From positions 3,168,001 through 3,232,000 of the forward strand of contig OZ245365.1 of assembly GCA_965226495.1 (NCBI GenBank): a stretch of DNA of 64,000 nucleotides, in the 5' to 3' direction. Each line of letters starts with the position of its first letter. Positions within the stretch are counted from its first letter, which is position 1. Both the position numbers and the translations under genes were made by a program. Positions 30,086 through 40,106 of this stretch are shown piece after piece. The stretch is from Candidatus Marinacidobacterales bacterium (GTDB lineage Bacteria; Acidobacteriota; Vicinamibacteria; Marinacidobacterales; DATDRI01). The notes below the pieces were generated by a model. That model was not told where the DNA came from and did not search any database. It saw nothing but the letters and a program-made list of their open reading frames with translations.

Positions 30086-31474
30086 ATGACCTGGACACGG
30101 CGCCTCTTATCAGGTGGGTTCGTTTTGATGCTCCCCTGCGTTGCCAGCGGAGGGGAGGACGAGTCCTTCCAGAAAGCGGCCACTCAGATTCTCGACGCCG
30201 CCCAACAGAATTCCCGTGTCATCGACATTCTGCGGCACCTGACCGATCGCATCGGCCCACGCCTCAGCGGTTCGGCCGGGGCCGAAGCCGCCGTCGAATG
30301 GACCGCCACCAGAATGCGAGCCGACGGCCTGAACGTTTCGTTACAGCCGGTGAGGGTGCCCCAGTGGATTCGTGGCGAGGAAACTGGAGAGCTCCTCACA
30401 CCCTCCCGCCAGGAACTTTCCCTCACCGCGCTGGGAGGCAGCATCCCCACACCCCAGCAAGGTCTCACCGCCGAAGTCGTCGAGGTTCGAAGCTTTCAGG
30501 AACTCACCGAGCGCGGCGACGAGGTGAAAGGAAAGATCGTCTACTACCACAGTACGATGGATCCGACACTCAATCCCTTCGAAGCATATAGCCGAGCGGT
30601 CGTTTTTCGCGCCCGAGGAGCGATCGAAGCGGCCCGGCTCGGTGCCGTAGGCTCTCTCATCCGATCCCTGGCGACGGTCAGCCTTCGAACTCCTCATACA
30701 GGCGCCATGAGCTACGACCCCGATGTCCCGCGCATCCCACACGCCGCGTTAAGCACCGAAGACGGGGATCTTCTGCACCGGCTGATCGCGGACGGGGAAA
30801 AACCGACGCTACGCTTCACCCTGACGTCGCGGCGGGATTCCGACGTCGAGTCTGCCAACGTGATCGGCGATCTACCGGGCCGTGAACGCCCGGAAGAAAT
30901 CGTGCTGATCGGAGCCCACCTGGATTCCTGGGATCTCGGAACCGGAGCCTTCGACGATGCGGCCGGCTGCGCCTTGGTCATGGAAACACCGCGGCTCCTG
31001 AAGGAGCTTGGTTTGGTCCCGCGCCGCACGATTCGCGTCGTGCTCTTCATGGACGAAGAGACCGGGCTTCGCGGCGCGCGGCGCTACGCGAAGCTCTCCG
31101 GGAGTGAACTCAGGGCTCACGTCGCGGCGATCGAAGCCGATACCGGAGCAGATGACCCGCTCGGCTTTAGCGTCAGCCAAGGAGGTAAGGCTCTGAAGCT
31201 GGTCAAGGAGTGGGCGAAGATGCTCGAGCCCATCGGGGCCAAGCAGGTCATCGAGGGCGGTTTCGGAGGCGCCGACATCGGCCTGCTGGGTCGCCAAGGC
31301 GTTCTAGCGTTGGGTCTCCTACAAGATCCCGCCCGGTATTTTTTCTACCATCACTCGCGCGCCGACACGTTCGATAAAGTGAATCCGGAAGCCATGCGGC
31401 GAAACCTGGCCGCCATGGCGTTCATGGCCTATGCGCTTGCGGAGACAAAAGAGGATCTAAGAGGCGATATGTGA
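30086..31474 (+). CDS. M28-family peptidase with PA domain (carboxypeptidase Q-like)
   Basis: IGPRLSGS, GAHLDSWDLGTGAFDD, DEETGL, YHHSRADTFDK. Confidence 0.92.
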   Translation: MTWTRRLLSGGFVLMLPCVASGGEDESFQKAATQILDAAQQNSRVIDILRHLTDRIGPRLSGSAGAEAAVEWTATRMRADGLNVSLQPVRVPQWIRGEETGELLTPSRQELSLTALGGSIPTPQQGLTAEVVEVRSFQELTERGDEVKGKIVYYHSTMDPTLNPFEAYSRAVVFRARGAIEAARLGAVGSLIRSLATVSLRTPHTGAMSYDPDVPRIPHAALSTEDGDLLHRLIADGEKPTLRFTLTSRRDSDVESANVIGDLPGRERPEEIVLIGAHLDSWDLGTGAFDDAAGCALVMETPRLLKELGLVPRRTIRVVLFMDEETGLRGARRYAKLSGSELRAHVAAIEADTGADDPLGFSVSQGGKALKLVKEWAKMLEPIGAKQVIEGGFGGADIGLLGRQGVLALGLLQDPARYFFYHHSRADTFDKVNPEAMRRNLAAMAFMAYALAETKEDLRGDM

Positions 31475-32001
31475 AGGCGGCTTTCTAGCCAGTAAGCGCC
31501 TGTTTAGCGTACGGTCGCTTGGCTTTGTGTTGGCGTTTTGCAGATTGGGGCGGGGACAGTTGGGGGACAGTCATCGATCCATGGTAGCGCAATCAATAAG
31601 TTAGCGCAGCACTTTGGATTAGAAATCCTCGGCGTCGGTTAGGCGCGTAGGGGTGGAAGCGAGGACCTGCCCGAAATCGCCCGTCTGCCCCTCGGGGGTA
31701 TTCTGCGGTCTTCTCCCGTATCGGGGATAGAGGGCGTTCTTAAGTCTCTTCATATATTCTTATTATATTCTCCTCCACAAGGGCCGGAGTTGGGCGATGG
31801 TGTAAGTAGCTTGAATATAGTGATTTACATGGACGGCAGGGGTTTACATAAACGCCATTATCGGGCGGGGAGGGCTACATCGGGGCAGGAGGGCAGCCGC
31901 TATGGCGGTACCTAGGCGGGCCAGAATCGATCCTTGCGACAGGGATACGCCTGTCCCGCCCCCTGAGTCAAGCGTGTCGCTTGTTCATCACTGTGAACCA
32001 A

Positions 32002-34125
32002 CTAAGGGTCGAGCTGGATTGTGAGCCTAGCACCCGACTCGACTGAGAAGCCGTTTACTAGGATAACGGAATTTCGAGTGCGAAACGTGACATCGCCTCC
32101 GGGTGCCGCGATTCGGAAGTTGGGACCGGCCGTGATGGAATTGCAGGCTTCGAAAACTTCCGTCGTATCGATTAGCCAATCTTCAAGGAACAGATCCGTG
32201 TCAGGCAGGAGGCAAGGCGCAGTGAACACGTAGGCCGATCCGTCGTCGTCGTCCTGCCAGGCCCCCACCAGTATGGTGTCCCCGGTGGTCGCCACCGAGA
32301 AGCCGAAGAGGTCACCCGCCGCAGCGTCGCTGGCGGTGAGCTTTTGGAACTCGCCCCAATTGTTCGGACCACCCTGGTTGCGCTCAAACACGTAGGCCGA
32401 ACCGGACCCGCAGGAAGGGTCCGAAGGACATGCGTCGTCGTCCTGCCACGCCCCCACCACCGCCGTATCCCCGGAGATAGCTACCGATATGCCGAAGAAG
32501 TCACCCGCCCCAGCGTCGCTGGCTGTGAGCTTCTTTACCTCGCCCCAATTGTTCGGACCGCCCTGGCTGCGCTGGTACACATAGGCTGATCCCGACTCGC
32601 AGGCAACCGAAGGGCATGTGCCGTCGTTCTCATCTCCCAGCACCAGCGTGTCCCCGGAGATCGCTACCGAGAACCTGCCGAATTGGCGGAGGTTCTTTAG
32701 CTCCCCCCAATTGTTCAAACCACCCAGGTGGCGCTCAAACACATAGGCCGCACGGCCTCCCACCACCGCTGTGTCCCCCGAGCCCGCCACCGAGAAGCCG
32801 AAATTGCTATGAGACCCACCGTCGCTTGCGATAAGCTTCTTTACCTCGCCCCAATTGCTGGGACCGCCCTGGTTGCGCTGAAACACGTAGGCTGATCCCG
32901 AGTTGGTGCAGAGAGGAAAAGGACACGGGGCATCGTCGTGCCAGGCCCCCACCAGTATGGTGTCCCCGGAGATCGCTACGGAGTGGCCGAACTGGTCACC
33001 CGCCGCAGCGTCGCTGGCTGTGAGCTTCTTTCGCTCGCCCCAATTGTTCAAACCACCCTGGTTGCGCTCAAATACATAGGCCGATCCGGACAAAGTGCCC
33101 GCGTCGTGGTTCCCACGCGCTCCCACCACCACCGTGTCCCCGGAGATCGCTACCGATCGGCCGAACGCGATATCCAACGGGTCACCAGCCACCGCGTCGC
33201 TCGCTGTGAGCTTCTTCACCTCCCCCCAGTTGTTCAAACCGCCCTGGTTGCGCTCAAATACATAGGCTGATCCGTTATCACCAAAATACGCCCCCACCAC
33301 CACCGTGTCCCCGGAGATCGCTACCGAGAAGCCGAATCGTAATTGGACTCCAGCGTCGCTGGCTGTGAGCTTCTTCACCTGGCTGACGGTTGGATCGATG
33401 GTCACCGGGTACACCGCTCCATCCTCCTGAACCCGAATCACAATGCTGTCGGCCGAGGCACTCATGTGTGCAGGAAGCACCTGCCCCGTCGCGTCCCAGG
33501 CAGCAAGCCCGCTATAGCGCAGCAACGCCTCCCCACCGACATCGGCCAAGACGATCGACAAGCCGGCAATCTCTTGCCTCGGGCTCAGTGAACCCGATGG
33601 GCGTAGCTCGAGCACCAAGGAGCCTCGTTGTCTTTCCCCCGGCGGCTCCTGCAGCGTGAACCCCTGCTCCAGACCGCCCTCGTCGTTCACATACCATTCA
33701 ATCAGGTTGCCCCGCCGGTACTCCACCCGGTTGCCTTGTACCGTCAGCTCCGCGGCAGGCACCGGCCGGATCGCATCCTCGTACCCGTAGCCCACCAGGC
33801 TCAGGCCCCACTCCCACGACGGTTCGGACCGGGTGAGCGGCCTTACCCGGATCCCGGACTCGGTGAAGTAGGTACGCAGGTTGTGGACCCGGTTCGGGGC
33901 CTGATAAGCGGCAGAAAGGTTGTCTGGGTACGCGCTCTCCTGCGACGTGACTCGATACTCAGCCTCTCGGACGGTGTTCGAGATCTTCGCCCAGGAAGCA
34001 GCATCCAGCCCTTCGGGGGGCAAACTCGGGCGACTCGCAGAATCCTGTGAGTCCCTGGCGCTCGACGCTACCATGCCCACCAGGAATACGACTGTGATCG
34101 ACGCGAGAATCCGTTTCTGGACCAT
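32002..34125 (-). CDS. Secreted FG-GAP (integrin-like) beta-propeller repeat protein
   Basis: Signal peptide; EWYVN..GLEQGF N-domain; about 7 repeats of KLTASD..GDxFGxSVAISGDTxVVGA..GSAYVF, also visible at DNA level. Confidence 0.9.
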   Translation of the reverse strand: MVQKRILASITVVFLVGMVASSARDSQDSASRPSLPPEGLDAASWAKISNTVREAEYRVTSQESAYPDNLSAAYQAPNRVHNLRTYFTESGIRVRPLTRSEPSWEWGLSLVGYGYEDAIRPVPAAELTVQGNRVEYRRGNLIEWYVNDEGGLEQGFTLQEPPGERQRGSLVLELRPSGSLSPRQEIAGLSIVLADVGGEALLRYSGLAAWDATGQVLPAHMSASADSIVIRVQEDGAVYPVTIDPTVSQVKKLTASDAGVQLRFGFSVAISGDTVVVGAYFGDNGSAYVFERNQGGLNNWGEVKKLTASDAVAGDPLDIAFGRSVAISGDTVVVGARGNHDAGTLSGSAYVFERNQGGLNNWGERKKLTASDAAAGDQFGHSVAISGDTILVGAWHDDAPCPFPLCTNSGSAYVFQRNQGGPSNWGEVKKLIASDGGSHSNFGFSVAGSGDTAVVGGRAAYVFERHLGGLNNWGELKNLRQFGRFSVAISGDTLVLGDENDGTCPSVACESGSAYVYQRSQGGPNNWGEVKKLTASDAGAGDFFGISVAISGDTAVVGAWQDDDACPSDPSCGSGSAYVFERNQGGPNNWGEFQKLTASDAAAGDLFGFSVATTGDTILVGAWQDDDDGSAYVFTAPCLLPDTDLFLEDWLIDTTEVFEACNSITAGPNFRIAAPGGDVTFRTRNSVILVNGFSVESGARLTIQLDP

Positions 34126-34221
34126 CTCACCCCACTCGCGGGCTCTTCAATCACGCGTTAACAGCTAGCAAAATACTACCTTTGCGGGTCACCTTCAAAG
34201 AGGGTGCCAAATTTTAAAATA

Positions 34222-34521
34222 ATAGGAAAATTCATACGTGCCCGACCCCGTCGGCGCGAATTTTCCCCACCAGAATGGAGCTGTGCAGTCCGAGTGAGTC
34301 CTGGTGAGGGTAGCAGAACTCGAGCAAGCGAGACAAGGCGGTGGAGGAGTGTCGGCCGCCGGGGGGCCTGGGGGTGTGAAGTGACACTCCGAGCGCCTCG
34401 TACCGACCGCCCCAATCGCACTTGAGAGGATCGGTCTGATGAACGCCGCTTGATGAGCTGGGAGCCATCTTTTTCTGAGCGCGGCACGCTTTTTGGAGGA
34501 CAGCTTCGGCTCAGAGTTGGC
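34222..34521 (-). mobile_element. IS91/ISCR-family 3' remnant, copy C (internally deleted)
   Basis: Near-identical to 8051-8200 and 8380-8490; same GTATGAATTTTCCTAT end. Confidence 0.8.
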
Positions 34522-34942
34522 TTCAGGAAGGGAGAAACGCGATTTCTTGAAGGTTGCTGCTGGAGGCTGTTCGCTGGGGCTTCCTCGGTGCTCATCAGAG
34601 AGAATCGCGGCTTGCACCTACCGCGAAAAGTGACTTTTTGACTGTCCCCGTACTGACCCCGAACTGGTGACACTCAGGGACAAAAATGGCACTTTCCCCT
34701 TGGGGCCAACCGCCCTAAGTACCTGATTTTGTGACAAGTGTGATCGGCAGTGACATCCTTAATAAGGAGCGCCGAGGACTTAAAATCCCCTGCGTTTCTC
34801 GATGCCGGTGCGGATTCCCCGAGTCGTGCCCCGACGAACCGTGCCCGAGCATGGCGGGCAGCCGCCCAGAAAACACGCACGGACGGCTTGTCCTACGCCA
34901 AGAGTGCGCTTGGCCAATCAGCGCGAATCAAGTTGGAACGGG

Positions 34943-36088
34943 CTAGCGGTCTCGGTCCCAAATAGCGATGCCGCCGGCCTGTTTTCCGACATCGACCGAC
35001 GCGACCAGTCGGGGCGGCGCGATCTGGAAGACGTCGACGCTTCCCGGCTCACCACCGACGCCCTCCACGGTCACCATGGCGAATTTCCCATCCGGAGTCA
35101 CCACCACCCCGTGCGGCACGCTGCGAGAGGACGGAACGCTGGCGATCTCCTGTCCCGTCTCGAGATTCCAGAAGCCGACCGCTGCACCTTTCTTATAGGT
35201 GGCAACGAGAACTTTGCCGTCCGGGGTGACGTCAAGATTGTAGGGACCGGGACCGGTTTCGAACTTCCTCGTTACCTTCCAATCCTCGAGGTCCACTTCC
35301 AAGACGACGTCTTGGGCGTTCCCCGCAACGTAAACCTTCCCCTGCGGCGTTGGCGGAGTCACCCACGTCGGTTGGACCACCTTCGACATCGGATATCCGG
35401 TTTCGTGTCCTTCACCATGCTGATGCACGTCGCCACTCTGAGTATCTGGGTCGACGAGTGACAGCCTCCGGTTGACCTCGAACCGTAGCGCGTCGAACTC
35501 CATCAACTCGTCGCTCATCATGTTGACGGAATAGAGACGCATCCCTTTCGCGTCCAGCCGGGCGCCGTGCGGCATGATGCCGGTCGGGATCTGCGCCACC
35601 TCGATCATTGTCTCCGCCTCCACGACCGAGATGGTGCTGGGCTCCATATCCCCGTGGAGGTTGAAGTTGACGACGTAGAGAAGGCCGGTGCTCGGAGACA
35701 GGGCGAGCGTCGCCGGAAACATGCCGACGGTTACGTCGCCCACCCAGTCGTCCGTGCCGGTCTCGTACTTGTGAATAGAGCCGTAAGGCATTCCGTGAGC
35801 GATCGAGACGAACCAGTGCTTGCCGTCCGGAGAGACGTTGATACCGTGTGGGCCTTCGATGTCGGCGGGAAAACTCCCGACCTGAATGCTCTTGGCCACC
35901 TCGAGCCCACCGGGGCCGAAACGAATGAGCTCGACCCGGTCATCCGACTCGGCAGCAACGTAGGCATAGTAGTTATGCGTCGGTTTCGTTAAATCTTCCG
36001 CCGAAATCGTGGTCGGCTGGGCGAATACGAGGGCGAGCGCCGGCAAAAGCCAGCGCCCGCCAGCAAAGATAGCTGACGACTCCATCAT
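34943..36088 (-). CDS. YncE/YVTN-type beta-propeller protein, paralog 1
   Basis: Signal peptide; EGPHGI, MPHG, GPYNL, VPHG, VGKQAGGI. Confidence 0.88.
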   Translation of the reverse strand: MMESSAIFAGGRWLLPALALVFAQPTTISAEDLTKPTHNYYAYVAAESDDRVELIRFGPGGLEVAKSIQVGSFPADIEGPHGINVSPDGKHWFVSIAHGMPYGSIHKYETGTDDWVGDVTVGMFPATLALSPSTGLLYVVNFNLHGDMEPSTISVVEAETMIEVAQIPTGIMPHGARLDAKGMRLYSVNMMSDELMEFDALRFEVNRRLSLVDPDTQSGDVHQHGEGHETGYPMSKVVQPTWVTPPTPQGKVYVAGNAQDVVLEVDLEDWKVTRKFETGPGPYNLDVTPDGKVLVATYKKGAAVGFWNLETGQEIASVPSSRSVPHGVVVTPDGKFAMVTVEGVGGEPGSVDVFQIAPPRLVASVDVGKQAGGIAIWDRDR

Positions 36089-36103
36089 CTCTATCTACCT
36101 AAT

Positions 36104-38179
36104 CTACCGGGGCTCCCCGAAATCCCGGGGCTTGTCATCTTTGGTCTCTTCTTTCGGAACGAGTCTCACCGCCCAAAGCCCGGAATTGAAATCGGCGACG
36201 AAGATGTTTCCCTTGTAGGGCTGCGGTCCCCACACGAACGGAGCGTTCGGGACATAGCCTTCGGGATCGGCCGGGACCCAAAACGCGATCTCCCGCCCCT
36301 GCTTGTAGAGGTCACCGCGCAGCTCTCCAGAAACATCGACCACACGCAATCCCCCGTTGTAGTACCCGATGTACATAATGTCGTCTTCGATCCACAAATT
36401 GTGAGTGCCGGCCTCCGGAACCTGATAGCGCGCCACTTCACGTGGGTTTTCCCAGTCGTCCCACTCGATGACGTGAATCCAGCCGGCCGCCCGATCGGGG
36501 ACACTACCCGGCTCCGGGTTGAAACCGGCGTAGGGAAACGCTTCGTCGCCCATGAAGGCATAGAATGTTCCGGTCGACTTGCTGCGATAGGGATAGGCAG
36601 CGTGATTCCAACCGTTCGGATGCGCGTGACTGCCGAGCTTCACCGGGTTGTTCGGCGAGCCCCCTTTTCCACCCCCGCCGACGTCCACCGCTACCACACC
36701 GTCCGTCCAGTTGGAGGAATATGCGATGCCGTCCTCGACCCATACGTCGTGGATGCCGTGGCCGGGCGTGTCGAGCTCGAAGCGGCCCACGCGAGTGGGC
36801 TTAGTGGGGTCTTCTATATTGATGATGTCGTAGCGACGACCGTTGTTGATCGCGTAAATGTGGTTGTTGTGAATGAAGACGTTGTGTACGCCGCCGTTCA
36901 GCTGGTCGTCATAGCGAGCGATTACCTGAACACCGTCCCGGGGATTCGAAATGTCGAGGATGACGAGGCCGTTCTTGCGGTTCGAAGCCCCTTCCCTGCT
37001 GATCACGGCGACCTTCGCATCTTCCGATACCTTGACGTCGTTCACGGTACGGGCATCGACTCGAACGACGTCGATGAGCTGCATGTTCTTGGGATCGGTC
37101 ACGTCCCAGATGTAGGCGTGGCCGTCGGCGCCCCAGGTCCCGGTTAGGGCGTAGTCCCGCCCATCGACACCCTCCCAGATCCAGAGGTCCGATGTATGCC
37201 GGTCGCGGACCGCACCCTGTCCAATGACTTCGACTTCTTGACTGATGTCACGGGGCACGATCTTGATCGTCTGCCGCGCCGAGTGCGATCCTGCTACTGC
37301 GACAACGGTGTGCAGTCCGGAGCGTTCCGCCACGAAGGCACCATCTGGGTCGACGTGCGAGATCGCCCCGGGCGCGATGATGGTATCGAACGGTTTTCCG
37401 TAGCTGGCGAATTGGACCGGGAACTCGGGGACTTCCTTGCCCTTAGCATCGCGCGCCACTGCCTTGAAATGAACGACGTCGCCGGTCCTCGCCTGCTTGG
37501 TGCTTGCCTCGAGCTCGAACGAAACGACGGGGTTCTCGAGGACCTCGATGTTCACCGTCCCTTCGACATCCTCAGCCGTTGCGACGATCTTGGCCTTTCC
37601 CGGCTCGTGGAACACAAGGTTGCCCAGCTCGTCAATAGTCGCGACATCCTTGTTCCTACTCTCGAAACCCACTTGCATCTCGGTTCGCCAAGCTCCGGAG
37701 GTGTCCCGAACTTCCGTCTGAACCGGGACCACCGTGTCCGCATAAAAGCGGGAGGGGAGATTGGTGAACGACACCGATGCAATCGGTGGATTCGGTATCG
37801 TGACCGGTACTTCGACGCGGAGAAGCATCTCTGCCCTTCGACCCCTTTGCTCTGGGTCCTTGGGCACCACCGCAATGAGGGTGTGCTCACCGGGGCGATA
37901 GGCTTCCACATCGCCCTCCGGCGTCACGCCGACGCTCCGGCGCGAGCGCGAGAAAAACATAACGAGCATATCCACCGTCTCACCGGACGCGTCCTTGACG
38001 GTTGCGGTGAGCTTGGCCTTCTCGCCAACCTTCAAATGGAGCTCGGTGGGCTCGACAACAAGCTCCGCCGGTTCTGGCCCCGCCGACTCTTCGGTCCCAG
38101 CCGGCATTTCCTGGGCTGGGATCGGCACAGCCAAAAGAAGTGCCGCTATCGCAACGATGGCGATTTTTGTGAAATTCAC
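36104..38179 (-). CDS. Ig-like (Big_2) + LVIVD-repeat beta-propeller protein, paralog 1
   Basis: GTG 38179 gives a signal peptide; LVILDISNP, LRVVDVS, GGVHNVF, GIHDVW, WNHAA, GTHNLW. Confidence 0.85.
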   Translation of the reverse strand: MNFTKIAIVAIAALLLAVPIPAQEMPAGTEESAGPEPAELVVEPTELHLKVGEKAKLTATVKDASGETVDMLVMFFSRSRRSVGVTPEGDVEAYRPGEHTLIAVVPKDPEQRGRRAEMLLRVEVPVTIPNPPIASVSFTNLPSRFYADTVVPVQTEVRDTSGAWRTEMQVGFESRNKDVATIDELGNLVFHEPGKAKIVATAEDVEGTVNIEVLENPVVSFELEASTKQARTGDVVHFKAVARDAKGKEVPEFPVQFASYGKPFDTIIAPGAISHVDPDGAFVAERSGLHTVVAVAGSHSARQTIKIVPRDISQEVEVIGQGAVRDRHTSDLWIWEGVDGRDYALTGTWGADGHAYIWDVTDPKNMQLIDVVRVDARTVNDVKVSEDAKVAVISREGASNRKNGLVILDISNPRDGVQVIARYDDQLNGGVHNVFIHNNHIYAINNGRRYDIINIEDPTKPTRVGRFELDTPGHGIHDVWVEDGIAYSSNWTDGVVAVDVGGGGKGGSPNNPVKLGSHAHPNGWNHAAYPYRSKSTGTFYAFMGDEAFPYAGFNPEPGSVPDRAAGWIHVIEWDDWENPREVARYQVPEAGTHNLWIEDDIMYIGYYNGGLRVVDVSGELRGDLYKQGREIAFWVPADPEGYVPNAPFVWGPQPYKGNIFVADFNSGLWAVRLVPKEETKDDKPRDFGEPR

Positions 38180-38461
38180 GTTTCCACGTCCTTTCTTAAC
38201 CTCCCCGCGCACCACGCGAAGAGCCATAAGGAGCCTGCCGAGCGTAACGAGCCTACTTGAGCCTACTGAATTTGCCGCGCCGCGTCGGGCGCTAGAAATG
38301 CTAACCGGAGCGACTCGGGGCAGCCGCTCGACCGGCCAGCCTACCTTGTCGAAGCCTCCGCGGCAAGAGCCTGTCTCCACGTTCCCGGCCGTGCCCGGCC
38401 GTGCCCGCCCGGTGCCCCCCGTGCCCACCCATGTTAGAGTGGCGCCTGGAGCGAACACGGA

Positions 38462-40096
38462 ATGGACGAAGACCGCGACGTCATCGTCGAGACACTTCAG
38501 CGTGTCCGAAACCGCGTGCATTTCAATCGCGCACTGCGAGAGTTCGGGTTCGTGTGCTTCCTCTTCTTGGCTTCCGTGCTGGCCTTTCAGCTTATCCGGC
38601 TGTTCATTTCCATACCGGCAGGCGTCGACACGTATCTTCCAAAAATCTGGCTCGTGGCCTTCAGCGTTTTTTTCGTCTGGAGGGTGACTCGCAAGCGCAC
38701 CCTCGCGCAGGCAGCGGCCATCGCCGACGGCGAGGGAGATCTCAAAGACGAGCTCAAGACCGCCTACTGGTTCATCAAGAATGACACGGAGGACGGGGAG
38801 AAGGATGCCTCTCCTTGGATCGAGCTCCAGACGCGACGAGCCGCAACGACCGCCGCCGATCTCGACCTTGGCCAACTCGTACCGACTATCGTTCCAAAGG
38901 GGATGTTTCTTGCTGACGGTATCCTGTTCGCGATTGGGATCTTTCTTTGGACCCTTACCGGACAGCCATCCATGGTATCACCGTATGGTGCGCTCGAGCT
39001 GACTGGCGAGGAGGAGAACAAGGTTCAGGATATTCGGGAGTTGCTCGCGGATGCCGGACAAACCGAAACCGTTCAAGAGCTGGATGAAACGCTCGTTAGG
39101 CTCGAGCAAGGCGAGCTGTCCCTGGCCGACGGGCTTCAAGATCTAGCAATCGTCGAGAACCTCCTGTCCGAAGGCAACCTGGAACTAAGCACTATTAAGG
39201 AGGGCTTGGGCGAGCTCGCCCAAAACCTTCGGACGTCTTCCGAACTGACGCCAGTGGCCGATGCCATCCAATCCAGTGATTTGGACGATGCCTCTGACCT
39301 CCTGCGCGCGCTAGCCGAGAACCTGCCTGAAGCGCCCGCAGACATGGCGGCGTTGCGCGAGGCCCTGGAGAAAGCATCCCAGACTGAGGACGCATCGTTA
39401 GAGGAGCTCTTGGAGAATTTGCGGCAGGCCGCGGAAGCCTTGGCACGTCAGGATAGTGACGAGTTCCAACGATCCTTGGAAGAAGCGGCCAACGAGCTCG
39501 AATCGATGGGTCGCAAGATGGAAGCACAGAAGCAGATGAACGACGCTCGCCGCCAGCTTGGCGAGCTCCGGCAATCCCTTGGCCAGTCACCGTTCGGAGC
39601 GCCGGATGAGCAAGCCCCTCCACCGGCCGATACATCAGATGCAGGGGATGGCGAGGCCGCCCCTGCCGAGGCGGGTGGTATGGCAATGCCGGGAGGTGAT
39701 GTCCAGTTGCAATTGGGTGGGGGTGCCGCTCCCGATCCGACCGACGTGCTCGATGCCGGTCCGGGAGGTCATTCCACCGGCCCCTCTCAGGGAGAAGATA
39801 ATATTCCAGGAGAGCCCACTCGGCTCGAGGTACAACTGGAAATGGAAATGCTGGCCGCGGAAGAGGACCCGGAACGCACGCTGCCCGACGACATATTCGA
39901 TAAAGAGAGCAGACAAGAACATTCGTTAGTCGACTACCAACAAGCTAGCCCGCGGGCCGACTATTCCGACGAAGCCGTCATGAACGAGGAACGGATTCCG
40001 TGGCGTTATCGTAATCTGGTCAAGAGCTACTTCTTGGCGCTGAATTCTCAGCAGGCTCAGCAAGCCCAGCAGGCTCGGCCCGAAGACAACAATTGA
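38462..40096 (+). CDS. Membrane-anchored coiled-coil protein of MoxR/VWA operons
   Basis: N-terminal TMs, LKDELKTA, long acidic coiled coil, C-terminal IPWRYRNLVKSYF. Confidence 0.75.
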   Translation: MDEDRDVIVETLQRVRNRVHFNRALREFGFVCFLFLASVLAFQLIRLFISIPAGVDTYLPKIWLVAFSVFFVWRVTRKRTLAQAAAIADGEGDLKDELKTAYWFIKNDTEDGEKDASPWIELQTRRAATTAADLDLGQLVPTIVPKGMFLADGILFAIGIFLWTLTGQPSMVSPYGALELTGEEENKVQDIRELLADAGQTETVQELDETLVRLEQGELSLADGLQDLAIVENLLSEGNLELSTIKEGLGELAQNLRTSSELTPVADAIQSSDLDDASDLLRALAENLPEAPADMAALREALEKASQTEDASLEELLENLRQAAEALARQDSDEFQRSLEEAANELESMGRKMEAQKQMNDARRQLGELRQSLGQSPFGAPDEQAPPPADTSDAGDGEAAPAEAGGMAMPGGDVQLQLGGGAAPDPTDVLDAGPGGHSTGPSQGEDNIPGEPTRLEVQLEMEMLAAEEDPERTLPDDIFDKESRQEHSLVDYQQASPRADYSDEAVMNEERIPWRYRNLVKSYFLALNSQQAQQAQQARPEDNN

Positions 40097-40106
40097 GAGC
40101 TTTCAT

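Noticed and set aside
32220-33380. Near-identical DNA repeats as a CRISPR or DGR-type array
   Set aside because: They are in-frame FG-GAP coding repeats; no reverse transcriptase is present.
34765-34830. tRNA gene around GGACTTAAAATCC
   Set aside because: Only an anticodon-arm-like fragment; no D arm, intact T loop or acceptor stem. Kept only as a possible att core.
38180-38875. Long N-terminal extensions in the ORF track (also 58205-58654, 27650-27829, 41727-42017)
   Set aside because: They overlap neighbouring real genes; downstream starts give signal peptides, an RBS or ATGA coupling.
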